Source of the DNA: Heterodontus francisci
Lineage: Eukaryota
Direction: 5' to 3'
DNA length: 64,000 nt
NCBI RefSeq assembly: GCF_036365525.1
Contig: NC_090400.1
Location: 49,497,138 to 49,561,137 of the forward strand
A model generated the notes under the pieces. It ran no database searches. It worked only from the letters and a program-made list of their open reading frames with translations, and was not told the origin of the DNA. Position numbers and translations under genes: made by a program. Shown here piece by piece: positions 13,739 to 25,230 of this stretch. Position 1 is the first letter of the stretch; every line of letters begins with the position of its first letter.

Positions 13739-15626
13739 TATTGCTGTTTGTGGGACCTTGATGTGTGCAAATTGGCCACTACATTTCCTACATTACAACA
13801 GTGCCTACACTTCATTACCGATAAAGCGCTTTGGGATGCCTGAGGTTGTGAAAGATGCTATGTAAATGCAAGACTTTTGTTCTTTCTAATGATTGAAATC
13901 TTGTTCGCAAAATCAACCTTAATTTTTCATGGCGTGCTCCAGGTGGTGAGAGCACATTTGGAATAAGTGAGCAGGATTACTAGTTCTAATTACTATTGAA
14001 TGACCTCTTAGGGAAAAGGACAGAATTGGGCTCGTCAATAACACTCTCCACGGTCAAATAGTTTGACAATGTGTATGTTTACATGAAGAATAGCTGTCTG
14101 TACAAGGATAGCAGAGGGCTCCTTACTACTTGTGGAAAAATAATCCCAGCAAGAGTTAAGGGGAGGGGGGAAAAAAAAGGGACAAATAGATGAAAACTAA
14201 TTTTTTGTGAACTTCTCATACAACATAATGAGTATGACCTTCTGTACTTTTAAATGAATGGGTGAGTCAGACCAACAGCTCAGCAAGGTTTCTCAAGGTT
14301 GAAACAAATATATTTAACCATGCTGATGACTGCCTTATATACTCTTGAAAAATTAATGTTCAATTACACCCACGCATCAGAAGCCTGACAAAGACGCAAG
14401 CAGATGGGTGGATTTAAAAAGTTTATGTGGCAGAAAAAGATAGCTTTTGTTGATCTAACATATCGCAGCAAGCATCTGGCCTAGTTTATGTGCACAACCA
14501 GTTCAACTGCCCGATTAAGCTCCTTAACTAGTCTACTTCTTCCTTGGTTGCAGAGTCTCCCTTTTGTGAGGATCTGGCCTGATTTATTGAGACCCTATTA
14601 ACATTTTCTAGGTAAGACTGGGGTTACTCCCAAATTAGTCTGCCTAATATTCAACCCTATAGATCTAAAGCTCCGGAAGGCTGACTTCCAATTTTAAATT
14701 CCAAAACTTTATCTACCACAAATTTCTCAAATGCCTCAGATCCTCCCCACAAAAAAAAACCGTCCACATGCATCAAGAAGATGCCTACTAGTTTTTCTTC
14801 ATAGCACCAATAAAACATTGTATTCAACTAAAAGTGGATCTGGCAATCAGCTTTTCGTAGGATGGACCTAACTCAAAAATACCACACCCCGAATGCATCA
14901 TTTAGCCCATAAGCACACCTGTTTAGCTGCCATTATTTTCCTTCTATATCTCCAGCTTCTTTTGGTGGCTTTAAAAATACTTCCGTTTGAAATTTCTCCC
15001 TTTGCAAAAATGCTGCTTTGATGGCAATGGACTTACATTCCCATGATTGTGTCACTAAAAAGGCTAGGAAAATCCTCAAACTTGCTTTTCCTGCTGATGG
15101 GGAGTCCACTTTAATTTCCTGGTTGCCTAGTTGTTCCTCAAATCCCTGAGCTACATGTCTGGCCTTTGCTTTATCAGGAAGTACTTTCTCTGTACAGATC
15201 TATCTATGGGACAATGCAGGTTGTCCTCTATCTGTGGTACCTCTATGTATACGCCAAACTCTCTCCAACTGTCAAGCTCTTTTTGCTTGGCATCCTTTAT
15301 CATTTTACCATCTAACTTGTTAGTAGCCACCACAGCTTCTCTATCGTAAGGGCTCTTACACCTTGTGGTGCCCCTCACCTGCTCTTTGGTCCTTGCTATT
15401 GTGAAACCGTGTCCCCTACTAGAGTTCCTATCCCTTTCTGGACTACTACTACTTGACTTGTCCCTCCTACAACCAGACTTCCTTTCACAAGTTCATGACC
15501 TTTTCCTTGGACTATGATCATCTTCAGGCCCATCATCTGAACTTAGACTAAGTTTTCTGGCCTTCCACATTATCACTTCCTTCTGCCAATCTATAGGTCT
15601 TATATCCTTTCCCTTGTCTTGCACAT

Positions 15627-16383
15627 TGTTACAACCAGGAGAGAAATGTGTCTAGGGGTCTTTGGCTGTCTTTACCTAGTCTTATTCTAACAGGGTTTAA
15701 TTTTAAACACACTGTTTTGAGCTCCCTTTTTGTGAATCCTTATTCACAACTTTCCAATTATAAAGACAAAGAAACCAATTCACACAGGCGCTCTCAGGTT
15801 TAAAGATAATGAAATTTTATTAAAACAAACTCTAATACAGTTCACGACTATGGATATACGACACTAGCATGCACACGCAATATACACATGCAGACAGGAA
15901 CAGAAAAAAAAAAGTAGAACAGTTTGAGGTAATATCTTGTTACTGTTTTTCAAGCTCGCTCTAGTCCTTGACTGAAGATACGGTCTTGCTTTTCGTTGGG
16001 GTCCAGTAGTCTTAAAACTCTGTTCACGTAGGAAACTTTTCTGAGATTCACGTTTTCACAACATTCAGTTCTGTGGGGAGATGGAAGCAGGCAGGAGAGA
16101 GGTCTTCTTGCTTCAGTTCCAGGAGTACACGGCTTTGTTTCAGTTGAAATCCTTTGTTGGAAGTTCAAATTCAAAAAAACTTCAGCTAGTCATGTGACTA
16201 AAACTGGTTTGACCACTTCTTCCGTGTATTGGGGAAGCAACAACTGGGTCCCTTTTGTTCCAACACTGCTAGTTACCATACAAAAATGTCTTTCCAGTCA
16301 GGGGCTTGCAATTTTAAGTTTTAATGTTCATGTAACGAAATAATGGGTTCCTCAGTCTTGGTAGGTGGGGAGTTTGCCTGATG
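15627..16383 (-). mobile_element. Solo LTR inserted in the Copia pol region
   Basis: Starts TGTTACAACCAGG with an ACAT duplication at both flanks; shares blocks with 49517-50401 in the opposite orientation. Confidence 0.7.
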
Positions 16384-17819
16384 ACATTCAGCCAATGTTT
16401 GTATTTCCCTGTGGCCTTTCCTGCCCTTCCTATAATGGTGGCTTCCCTCCATTCACTAGTCCCTTCTGGCATATATGTCACTCTAGTCACAACTTTTGGT
16501 AGTTGACCTTTGGGATAAATGGCCTTATCCGGATCTTCACTATCACTTGGTCCACTCAGTCAGCCCATTATCTGCCATAATCTGTTGCTCACGAAGGTCT
16601 GACGTATGTGCATGCGAAGTACATGGTACTTCATCAGTGTCCATTTGTTCAGATTCTGTCAATGTATAATCAGTGCCAATAGGCCATGAGGAATATACTC
16701 TAACAGTTTGGTTGCCATGTTGCAAAATCACCGTTTTGCCATCAGTGCCTATAACTTTTCCTGGGTGTCTCTATTCTTTCTGCCCTTCTCTTTTGTAATA
16801 CACCATATGCCCGGTATGAAAATTCTTTTCTGATGGCCTGATCCAATGTCTCAAAGCTCTCCTGATTTTTTCTGAAACCTCCGCCGTAATAAATGCTCTT
16901 CTCCCTGTATGCATGGCATTAAAATGTTCCGCAAAAAATGAACTGTAGTTCCCTCTAAAGCTGGGAGATGATCACACATTACAAGAAGGTATTTGTGATT
17001 CCTACCATAAACTAATTGATAGGGGCTGTAGCCCCCAACTGTTTGAAGTGTGTTTTTCGCATGTACTGCCCACCCACGCCAGAGCAGTAGTCAACTTACA
17101 ATTTGGCTGGTCGGCGAAAATTTTGCAAAGCATTTAGTCAATCACGGCATTGCTACAAGATTCATATTTTCACATACTCCTGAAATCACCATTGGTAAAT
17201 TCTCCTCCATTGTCAGTTAGAAACCTAGCCAGTGCTCCCAGTTCCGTTCATATCCACCTTTCCATTATCTTGTCCACTATTACTTTGTCTTTACTATAAA
17301 TTACTGTCGACAGACTGTACGCTACGTCTATAAAGTGTAGAAGAAAAATGTTTTTGTCTTTATCCCATACCTTCGAGTCCATCGCTATGGTTTCATTAAT
17401 GTCCTTTGCTAATGGGAGACTCACTATGGGTCACGATGACGTCCTCCTGTATTTTTTAACAGGTATCACATTTTTCACAGATATCTTCGATAAATTTAGT
17501 GTAGTTATCATCTCTTACCTCTGCATCTTTTAACAGAATCTTCAACCTATGACAAGATGGATGTGCCAACTGTCAATGTAGTGTTGAAATAATTTGCCTT
17601 TTCTCCTTTAAATCCCTACCCCAGATGCCATTAATAACTCTAACATCCTGATTAGAGATGTTTGGTCTCCCTAAAGGAATACAATAATGTCCCGATTGGG
17701 AAATCTGTAGCTTTGCGGTATACACAAAGACTTATGTTCCATATCCAATTTCATCCGAGCCTTTTTCATAGATGGTTTACTTAATAGCCAAGATATATCA
17801 TTGGATACTACATACATAT

Positions 17820-18195
17820 TTATAAAATAAGGGGCCTAGACAGAGTAGACAGGAAGAACCCTGTTTTCCCTAGCGGAGAGGTCAGTTACTAGGAGGCACA
17901 GATTTAAGACGATTGGTAGAAGGATTAATCGGGACATGAGGAAAAACTTTTTCCACCCAGAGGGTGGTGGGTTTCTGGAGTTCACTGCCAGGAATGGTGG
18001 TGGAGGCAGAAACCCTCAATTCTTTTAAAAGGTACCTACCTGGACATGCACCTGAAGTGCTGTAACCTGCAAAGCTATGGACCAAGCGCTGGAAGGTGAG
18101 ATTAGATAGGGCAGCTGTTTTTTCGGCCAGCACTGACACGATGGGCTGAATGGCCTCCTTCTGTGCCGTAATTTTTCTACGGTTCTATAGTTCTA
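17820..18195 (+). mobile_element. CR1 3' fragment inside the Copia element
   Basis: AGAGTAGACAGG...TTTTTCCACCCAGAGGGTGGT...GAATGGCCTCCTTCTGTGC; (TTCTATAG) tail. Confidence 0.85.
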
Positions 18196-19456
18196 TTTAC
18201 GCGGAATTACCACTCTTTTTAGTGATTTCCTGTTGTCATCCCCAAACCTGAAACAGGTAGAACTGCCATATTCTTTGACCTTATTTCGGTCTTCCTTAAA
18301 GAATCCATATAACACCTTAACCAGTCCACTCCACATACTATGGACATACACCCACTGTCCAGTACTGCGCAAATGAATGAATCTGCGACTAGGACACTCA
18401 TTACCAGACTGAAGCTTCTCGTGACCAGTACAATTCCTTCTGATCGATCAATAGCGTCATCCTCGCATTCCGAACCTTCCATGTCATGTGTCTTCTCAAA
18501 AACCCTGTTATTCCTTTTTGGACAATGCAATGCATAGTGATACTTTGAGTCACATCGGAAACACCTGTTGACCACCCCTTGGTTATTCCTGGGGCTCATC
18601 CTTCTGCCATAATTGCGCAATTCCTGCCATCTGTTATGGCTGCCAAAAGGGTCTCTGCCCTCATTCATTTTGTGTGTTTCTCCTTTCATATTGACATTTG
18701 GGTCCCATACTTGAATGCCCTCAAAATACTAACATTGTATCCTCCACCTTCGGTGGCACCGCTGAAGAGCCCATCTGCGCCATGAAAGCGGCCAGAAAGG
18801 AATATTTTCCCAAAGTATTTTTTAGGGCGTCAGACATCCGATCAAACAGCATATCTTTTTCTTTGAATCTAACTCCGGTTAATACCAAGAGCCTATCCAT
18901 GTTCGATATCCTAGCACAATCCAATAATTTGAAGGCAAGTACTGATCCAGGAATTTACAAGCAGAATTGCTGCAACCTTGCATATAGTTGGTTAAACTCT
19001 AATATATTCTTCAATGGAAGAATAATCCATTTTTCTAAATTTAGCAAAGTCTGACCACGCCTCATAGGCACTCAATAAGTCATCTTTCATATAAATTTCA
19101 TCCATAAATTTCAAGAGTTTATCCAAACCTTCCTCACTGCCCAAATGATGAGCCTCTAGCTCAGAGAACACTTTGCCCCTGATCTTGCTTCAGGCAGGAA
19201 GTGAAAGTGTAAGGGTCATTCCTTGCTTCCTTTTTGGTAAAGACTTAACCTGTGTCCATAAATCAACTTCATTCTTCCATTGATTGTAAGGCTCAGCTTC
19301 ACAAAGCAGCGGTGGAAAATCCTATCCCGACACCTTACACTTGGTTTCTGTCATCGTTCCAAAAAAAAACTCCAAATACAGCCTTCTCAAAAAAAAACTC
19401 AAATTCTAATCTCCTGTCTGAAAACAAATCTTAGTCTCCAATTTTCACTTTCAGGC

Positions 19457-19474
19457 AACCATCCTCTGCTACCA
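19457..19474 (-). other. Primer-binding site complementary to the tRNA-iMet 3' end
   Basis: Plus strand AACCATCCTCTGCTACCA equals the last 18 nt of eukaryotic initiator tRNA-Met; it lies 1 nt after the LTR end ...AACA. Confidence 0.88.
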
Positions 19475-19512
19475 ATGTTAGCGAAACTTCTAAGCCTGTT
19501 TGTGAAGAAGAC

Positions 19513-19840
19513 CAAGGCTCCTTAGACAGCACCTTCCAAACCCGTGACCTCTACCCACTAAAAGGACAAGGCCAGCAAATACATGGGAACACCACCACCT
19601 GCAAGTTCCCCTCCAAGTCACACACCATTCTGACTTGGAACTATATCGCCGTTTCTTCACTGTCGCTGGGTCAAAATCCTGGAACTCCCTTCCTAGGAGC
19701 ACTGTGGGTATACCTACCCCAAATGGACTGCAGCAGTTCAAGAAGGCAGCTCACCACCACCTTCTCAAGGGCAATTAGGGATGGGCAATAAATACTGGCC
19801 TGGCCAGTGACGCCTACATCCCATGAATGAATTTAAAAAA
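19513..19840 (+). mobile_element. LINE 3' tail inserted into the Copia 5' LTR
   Basis: Matches 55400-55720; AAGAC duplicated at 19508-19512 and 19841-19845. Confidence 0.85.
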
Positions 19841-21714
19841 AAGACATTAAGACTAGGATGTTTTGTTGGAGATGACACCCAACACCTGTTGACCCTATTA
19901 TCTTGAACTACCAGGTATTTATCATCCAATAACAGAACGTCAGACCCCAACAGATACTGTACTACTTCCACCTTTCAAAGTAACAGAAATAGTGATAGTA
20001 ACAGTGATTGGCAGAAATAAGGTGGCTTCTTAAATAATACAACACTGGATTAAAACTCAAGACAAGCCACACTGGTGCTGGGAGACTTCAGGCAGAAATT
20101 ATAAAAAATGTCGTCCTAGCTTAGATCAACTATTTGGTTTTAAATGCAGTCACTATGATCAAAGGAGCCTTAGGCATTAAGCTCCGCCAACACATCATCT
20201 AGAATTTAGAAGAATGAGGGGTGATCTCAATGAAGCATAAAATCTTAAGGGGCTTTATAGGGTGGATACTTTCCCTGGCTGGGGAGTACAGAACTAAGGG
20301 GCATAGTCTCAGAATAAGGGGTCATCCATTTGCCACAAGGCAAAAATCACAGGAATGAAGAGTTCTGGGGATGGGGGTTTGGGATGGCGAAAGATGAATA
20401 GCCAACTCTTGCTCCTATTCCTTATGTTTGTATTTGACACTTAATGGTCATGCAGTTTTTAAAAAAGTACATCTTAAAATTGCATGATGGACACTGAATT
20501 CATGGCCTCACTATTCCCTCCTCCACTCAACAACCAAACTCCCATCCCCGGAAGAACTCTTCATTCCTGTGATTTTGCCTCATGCACCACCCACCAACAC
20601 CCCCCGCCCCCCCCCCCCCCCAAGATGACACACCCTATTCTGAGATTCTGCTGCAGTCAACTAGTCTCCATGTTCCCAAAGCCATCTATCTCTCCACCTC
20701 TCATTCTTAAAACCCACCACTTTGACCAAGCTTTAGGTCACCTCTAACATCTTCCTTCAGAGGCAAGGTGTTAATTTTTGTATGATTATGCATCTGTAAA
20801 GCTCCTTAGGACATGTTTTGATGTTAAAGACACTATTTTAAAAATGAGCACTTAAACATACACTAAGAATGAATCATGCAAGAGTAAATGGAAACCAACA
20901 CACCACTCTGCCATGTTAAGCTTCATTATGCACGATAGTATGCAAACTAAGATCCAATACACGAATGAGAGCAAATATTTTATATTCTTGGCTCATGCAC
21001 TCCAATATTATTCCCTCATGAGTTGTGCATTTACAACAGAATTAACACTCTGCAGACGTCCAAACCTATCACTTTAACATAGGTATGTGTTACAAGGATT
21101 CTTAAACTTTAGTCCAAAACTTGAGAACATACGGACATAATTTACATGTAAATACCTTAAATATCACCACTTGCAGTAGTACTTTAGAGGCAAGCTTGTG
21201 GGTTAGCGACAGTAAAATCACCAAATGCTTCATAGAAGGAACAAAAGTATCATAATACACAGAGAAAGCTGAAAGAGCAGGGGAATGAGACGAGTCAGCA
21301 CTGGTATGATAAAAATTCTATGTAGGTGGAGTAGAGAAATAAAAGGAGTACAAAAAAGTCCATTGCACAGATACATTCCAACACTGATTGTAAGAAAAAG
21401 ACATCCTGTTGAGATTAATCAAAGTCTCCTGCAAGAGTACCACTAGTGACCAATATCAGCGCAACACAGAATCGTGAAGTGTCTCAACAGTAGCTATCAA
21501 GCTCGTTGTTGATAGTGGTGGATCTAATATCATGGGAAATTCAGCTGACGTGGGAATCTATGCTGTACTGGGTAGAAATAAAGCAAAGACAAAAACTGCC
21601 AAGCATTTCACCCGAGATATTTCACCATGATAATTTTGCAAATAGGCACTATTGTATATAGATTAACCACCATTTAAGGCCAATTTAGATAAAAGTTTAC
21701 ATCGTTGCTTTATA

Positions 21715-22830
21715 TAACTAACATTTACATAGCACCTTTAATGTAATAAAATGTGCCAAGGTGCTTCACGGGAGCACTGAAACAAAACTTGACACCAAGC
21801 CACATAAGGAGATTAGGACAGGTGACCAAGAGCTTGGTCAAAGAAATAGGTTTTAAGAAGTGTCTTAAAGGAGAGGAGAGAGATGCAGAGGGGTTTAGGA
21901 AAGGAAAGAGGCTAGGGCCTTAACAGCTGAAGGCATGGTCACCAATGATGGAGAAATAAAAATCAGGGATGCTCAAGGGGTCACAATTCAAGCAGCATAG
22001 ATCTCGACGGTTGTAGGGCTGGAGGAGATTACACATTTAGGAAAGGGCGAGGTCATGGAGTGATTTGAAAACAAGGATGAGAATTTCAAAATTAAGGTGC
22101 TACTTAACTGGGAGCCAATGTAGGTCAGTGAGCAGGGCTGATGAAGGGGACTTGGTGTGGATTAGGATATGTGCAGAGTTTTGGATGACTTCAAGTTTAC
22201 AAAGGGTATAACGTAGGATTAAGGCTGGCCAGGAGTGCATTGGAGTGGTCAAGTTTAGAGTTAACAAAGGCATGGAAGAGTGCTACAACAACAGAGAAGC
22301 TGAGCCATTGGTGGCACGGATGTTTAGTTTAGTTTAGAGATACAGCACTGAAACAGGCCCTTCGGCCCGAGTCTGTGCCGACCATCAACCACCCATTTAT
22401 ACTAATCCTACACTAATCCCATATTCCTACCACATCCCCACCTGTTCCTATATTTCACTACCAACTACCTATACTAGTGGCAATTTATAATGGCCAATTT
22501 ACCTACCAACCTGCAAGTCTTTTGGCTTGTGGGAGGAAACCGGAGCACCCGGAGAAAACCCACGCAGATACAGGGAGAACTTGCAAACTCCACACAGGCA
22601 GTACCCAGAATTGTGTGGTCAGAAGCTCATCCCAGAGTCAAGGTTGTGAACAGCATGATTCAGCCTCGGACAGTTGCCAGGGAGGAATGGAGTCAGTGGT
22701 GAGGGAAGAGTTTGCAGTAGGGACTGAAGATAAGAGCTTTGGTTTTCCCAATATTGGAGGAAATTTCTGCTCATCGAATACTGGTTGGCGAACAAGCAGT
22801 CTGGCAATTTAGCAGTGGAGGTGAGGTAGA
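21715..22830 (-). mobile_element. Old L2-type LINE fragment, interrupted by a V-SINE
   Basis: Typical L2 3' region (GTGCTTCAC...GGTGACCAAGAGCTTGGTCAAAGA...GGATGAGAATTT); similar fragments lie near 9580-9890, 29140-29980 and 33430-33810. Confidence 0.6.
22323..22610 (-). mobile_element. HE1-like V-SINE, 5'-truncated
   Basis: Reverse complement of 11240-11530. Confidence 0.88.
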
Positions 22831-23130
22831 GCTTGCTGAAACGGACCCAATATTGGGAAAATTTAATTATACCTTACACCCTGTTAGCTAATGCCCTTTC
22901 CCAGTTACAGCATTCAATTGCAGCGCCCTATTTTGGAGGGGTTTGAGGGAGCTCCACCATCTACAATAATTTCTCCCAGCTGCCGTGGAGAACCTCAACA
23001 AGCTTCTATTCCGAAGACGCACGGCCGCTGGCTTCTCCATCTCTTGCCCCCAAGCCGGCCCAGAACTCATTCCATTTTGCTAAGCTTCGCTCCTCAGCGG
23101 GTCAGTAAAGGAGTTTATTTATTTATTTAC

Positions 23131-23240
23131 CTCGCCTTCCAAAATCCCCGCAATTATCGAAGCGAACCCAATACCTGCGTCAATTGCCGCACCAACAATC
23201 CACTACACCTTCACTTCCGGCTCAACCGTCTCACCGGAAG
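23131..23240 (-). other. TNFAIP1: Probable non-coding first exon of TNFAIP1
   Basis: CpG-rich segment next to ETS/NRF1 motifs, with a strong minus-strand donor GAG|gtaaat at 23131/23130 (alternative CAG|gtatt near 23175). The transcription start is not determinable from sequence. Confidence 0.55.
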
Positions 23241-23830
23241 TGACTCCACCGCGAGCTCCCAACGGCCTCGCCAATTTACTGCGCATGCGTGTAGATCCCC
23301 CCGCCCCCCCCCCCATATGGTACTGCGCAAGCGCCACAAAATTACCCATTCCTTCGTGGAAATTCTTTGGGACCGTCCATAAATTATCATTTACTATAGT
23401 GAGGAGTAAGGTTCATTTTTCTTCAACTATTGGACTCAAATGACTGCATTTACTCATCTAAAGTAGCGTTCTTTTCTGGGGAGAAAAACCGTTGCGCATA
23501 ACCCACATTATCCATTGACTTAGAAAACGGATCAGTTATTCTCTGTGACCCTCTGTCCTATCAACAACTTCCCATTTGTTCTCTTTTGCCCTACCTTATT
23601 TTCTGAAAACCTATTATATTTCTAACCTTTGCCAGTTCTGATGAAGGCTCACTGACCTGAAACGTTAACTTTGTTTCTTTCTCCACAGACCTGCTGAGTA
23701 TTTCCAGCACTTTTTGGTTTTATTTCAGATTTCCAGTATCTGCACTATTTTGCTTTGATTATCTGTGATTGAACATGCGCAGTTCAAGGAGCCCCGCCCA
23801 CACCCCAGTGGCGCATGCGCTGACGTTGCT
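23200..23830. promoter_or_regulatory. Bidirectional TNFAIP1/IFT20 promoter
   Basis: ETS/GABP sites ACTTCCGG 23213-23220 and CCGGAAGT 23234-23241; NRF1 sites TGCGCATGCG 23280-23289 and GCGCATGCGC 23811-23820; GC boxes near 23300 and 23792; CRE-like TGACGT at 23821; local CpG enrichment between head-to-head genes. Confidence 0.8.
23634..23670 (+). ncRNA. Minimal type I hammerhead ribozyme motif with canonical core, inside a PLE remnant (~23540-23760)
   Basis: AGUU CUGAUGA AGG(C)UC-ACU-GACCU GAAA CG UU AACU: helix I AGUU/AACU, helix II hairpin, palindromic AACGUU at helix III. Confidence 0.7.
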
Positions 23831-23895
23831 GGTGGCTCGGTGAAAGCCGTCGCCGTGGCAGCAGTTGCTGGAGGAAGACGGGCCTGTTGATTCGG

Positions 23896-24022
23896 ATGGC
23901 GATGGAGGCCCTGGGGGAGGCTGGGCTGCACTTTGACGAACTTAACAAACTGAGGATCCTGGATCCTGAAGTGGCGCAAAATACAACCGAGCTGAAGGAA
24001 GAGTGCAAGGACTTTGTAGAAA
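23896..24022 (+). CDS. IFT20: IFT20 (intraflagellar transport 20), coding exon 1 (127 nt)
   Basis: [42 protein letters not shown](K); donor A|gtaggt. Confidence 0.95.
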
Positions 24023-24779
24023 GTAGGTACGGGGAGGGAGTTTGCTCACCATATGGGAGTAAAGGGGGTGGGGTTGGGGTAGTAAACACCGATAGAAAGA
24101 AGACAAACTTACATTTACATAGGGCCTTTTACCACCTTGAGATGTCACAAAGCCCTTTACAGCCAATGTGGTACTTTTTGAAGTATAGTCACTGTGGCAA
24201 TGTGGGAAACGTGGCAACCAATTTGTGCACAGCAAGATCCCACAAACAGCAAGGTGTTGATTTAAGAGATAAATATTGGCAAGAATACTGGGAGATCTGC
24301 CCTACTCCTCGTCAAAATAGTGCCATAGGATCTTCTGCATACAAGAGAGGTCTCAACTGAAAGACGTCACCTCCAACAGTGCAGCATTCCTTCTACTGTA
24401 CTGGAGTACCTGCCTGAATTATGTGCTCAAGTCTCTGCAGTGGGAATTGCATCCCAACTTTCTGATATGGGAGTACTACCCACTGACCTGACACCTAGAA
24501 GTACAAACAATGGGCACTAAGGATAACAAGAAATTTTTACAAAGATTGATGAGTATCTGGAACAATTTTCAGGTTGGTAAAGATGCAAATTTGAAATAAA
24601 GTTGAATGCTGGACTGACCCTGAATTGTTGACACAACTCTTGCTGTTGTAATCATCTCCATGCATCCAGCCTGTCCCCTGACAGGCTGATGGAGGAAAAA
24701 AGAATGAACAAAAAATGTTTTTATCTTGGATTCAAGGTGATCTTGGGACCACGTTGTCCGCATAGACTCATTTACTTAT

Positions 24780-25230
24780 TTGCGGCACAGAAGGAGGTCA
24801 TTTGGCCCATCATGTCCATGCCAGCTCTCCACGGAGTGATGCTGTCAGTCCCACTCCCTGGCTTGATCACTCTTCCTCTGTGTCTGTTTCTGTCAGGTGG
24901 TCATCCAACTTTCCCTGGTGGGTAGCTAGTTCCAGGTCATTACCATCCACTGTGTAAAAAAAGTGCTTCCTTGTACTACCCCTGCATCTTTTACCCAAAA
25001 CTTTCAATCTGTATCCCCTAGATCTTGTACCATTTGTTAATGGGAACTGTTTTTCCTCATCTAACTTATCTAAGCCTGTCATAATCTTGTGCACTTCTAT
25101 TAAATCTCTCCTCAATCTCTTTTGTTCCAAGGAGGACAAACCCAGCTTTTCCAAACTAACCTTGTAAATCTCCTCTGCACCCTCTCAAGGACCCTCACAT
25201 CCTTTCTGAAGTGTGGTGACCAGAACTGGA
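24780..25230 (-). mobile_element. CR1 3' fragment
   Basis: LGLSSLEQKRLRRDLIEVHKIMTGLDK...TRSRGYRLK. Confidence 0.8.

Larger units (their letters stand above)
10020..13875. mobile_element. Nested cluster: a DeuSINE split by LINE insertions
   Basis: 10020-10264 and 13739-13875 are the two halves of the SINE seen intact at 26125-26570. Between them lie a minus-strand LINE tail (10265-10570) and a CR1. Confidence 0.7.
14280..19985 (-). mobile_element. Decayed Ty1/Copia LTR retrotransposon (GalEa-like)
   Basis: Order is LTR, PBS, gag (CFRCDSKYHYALHC), protease (AVLDSGC), integrase (LH*QLAHPS; FLTDNGGEF; GYSPYQLVYG), RT (ELDSWREFGVY; IKAAFLQ; YGLNDA; HVD; LIGQLNW..TRPD). Many stops and frameshifts; the 3' boundary is approximate. 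Confidence 0.88.

Noticed and set aside
23887-24360. 157-aa ORF as full-length IFT20
   Set aside because: Similarity ends at the donor at 24022; the rest is intron containing an antisense DeuSINE.
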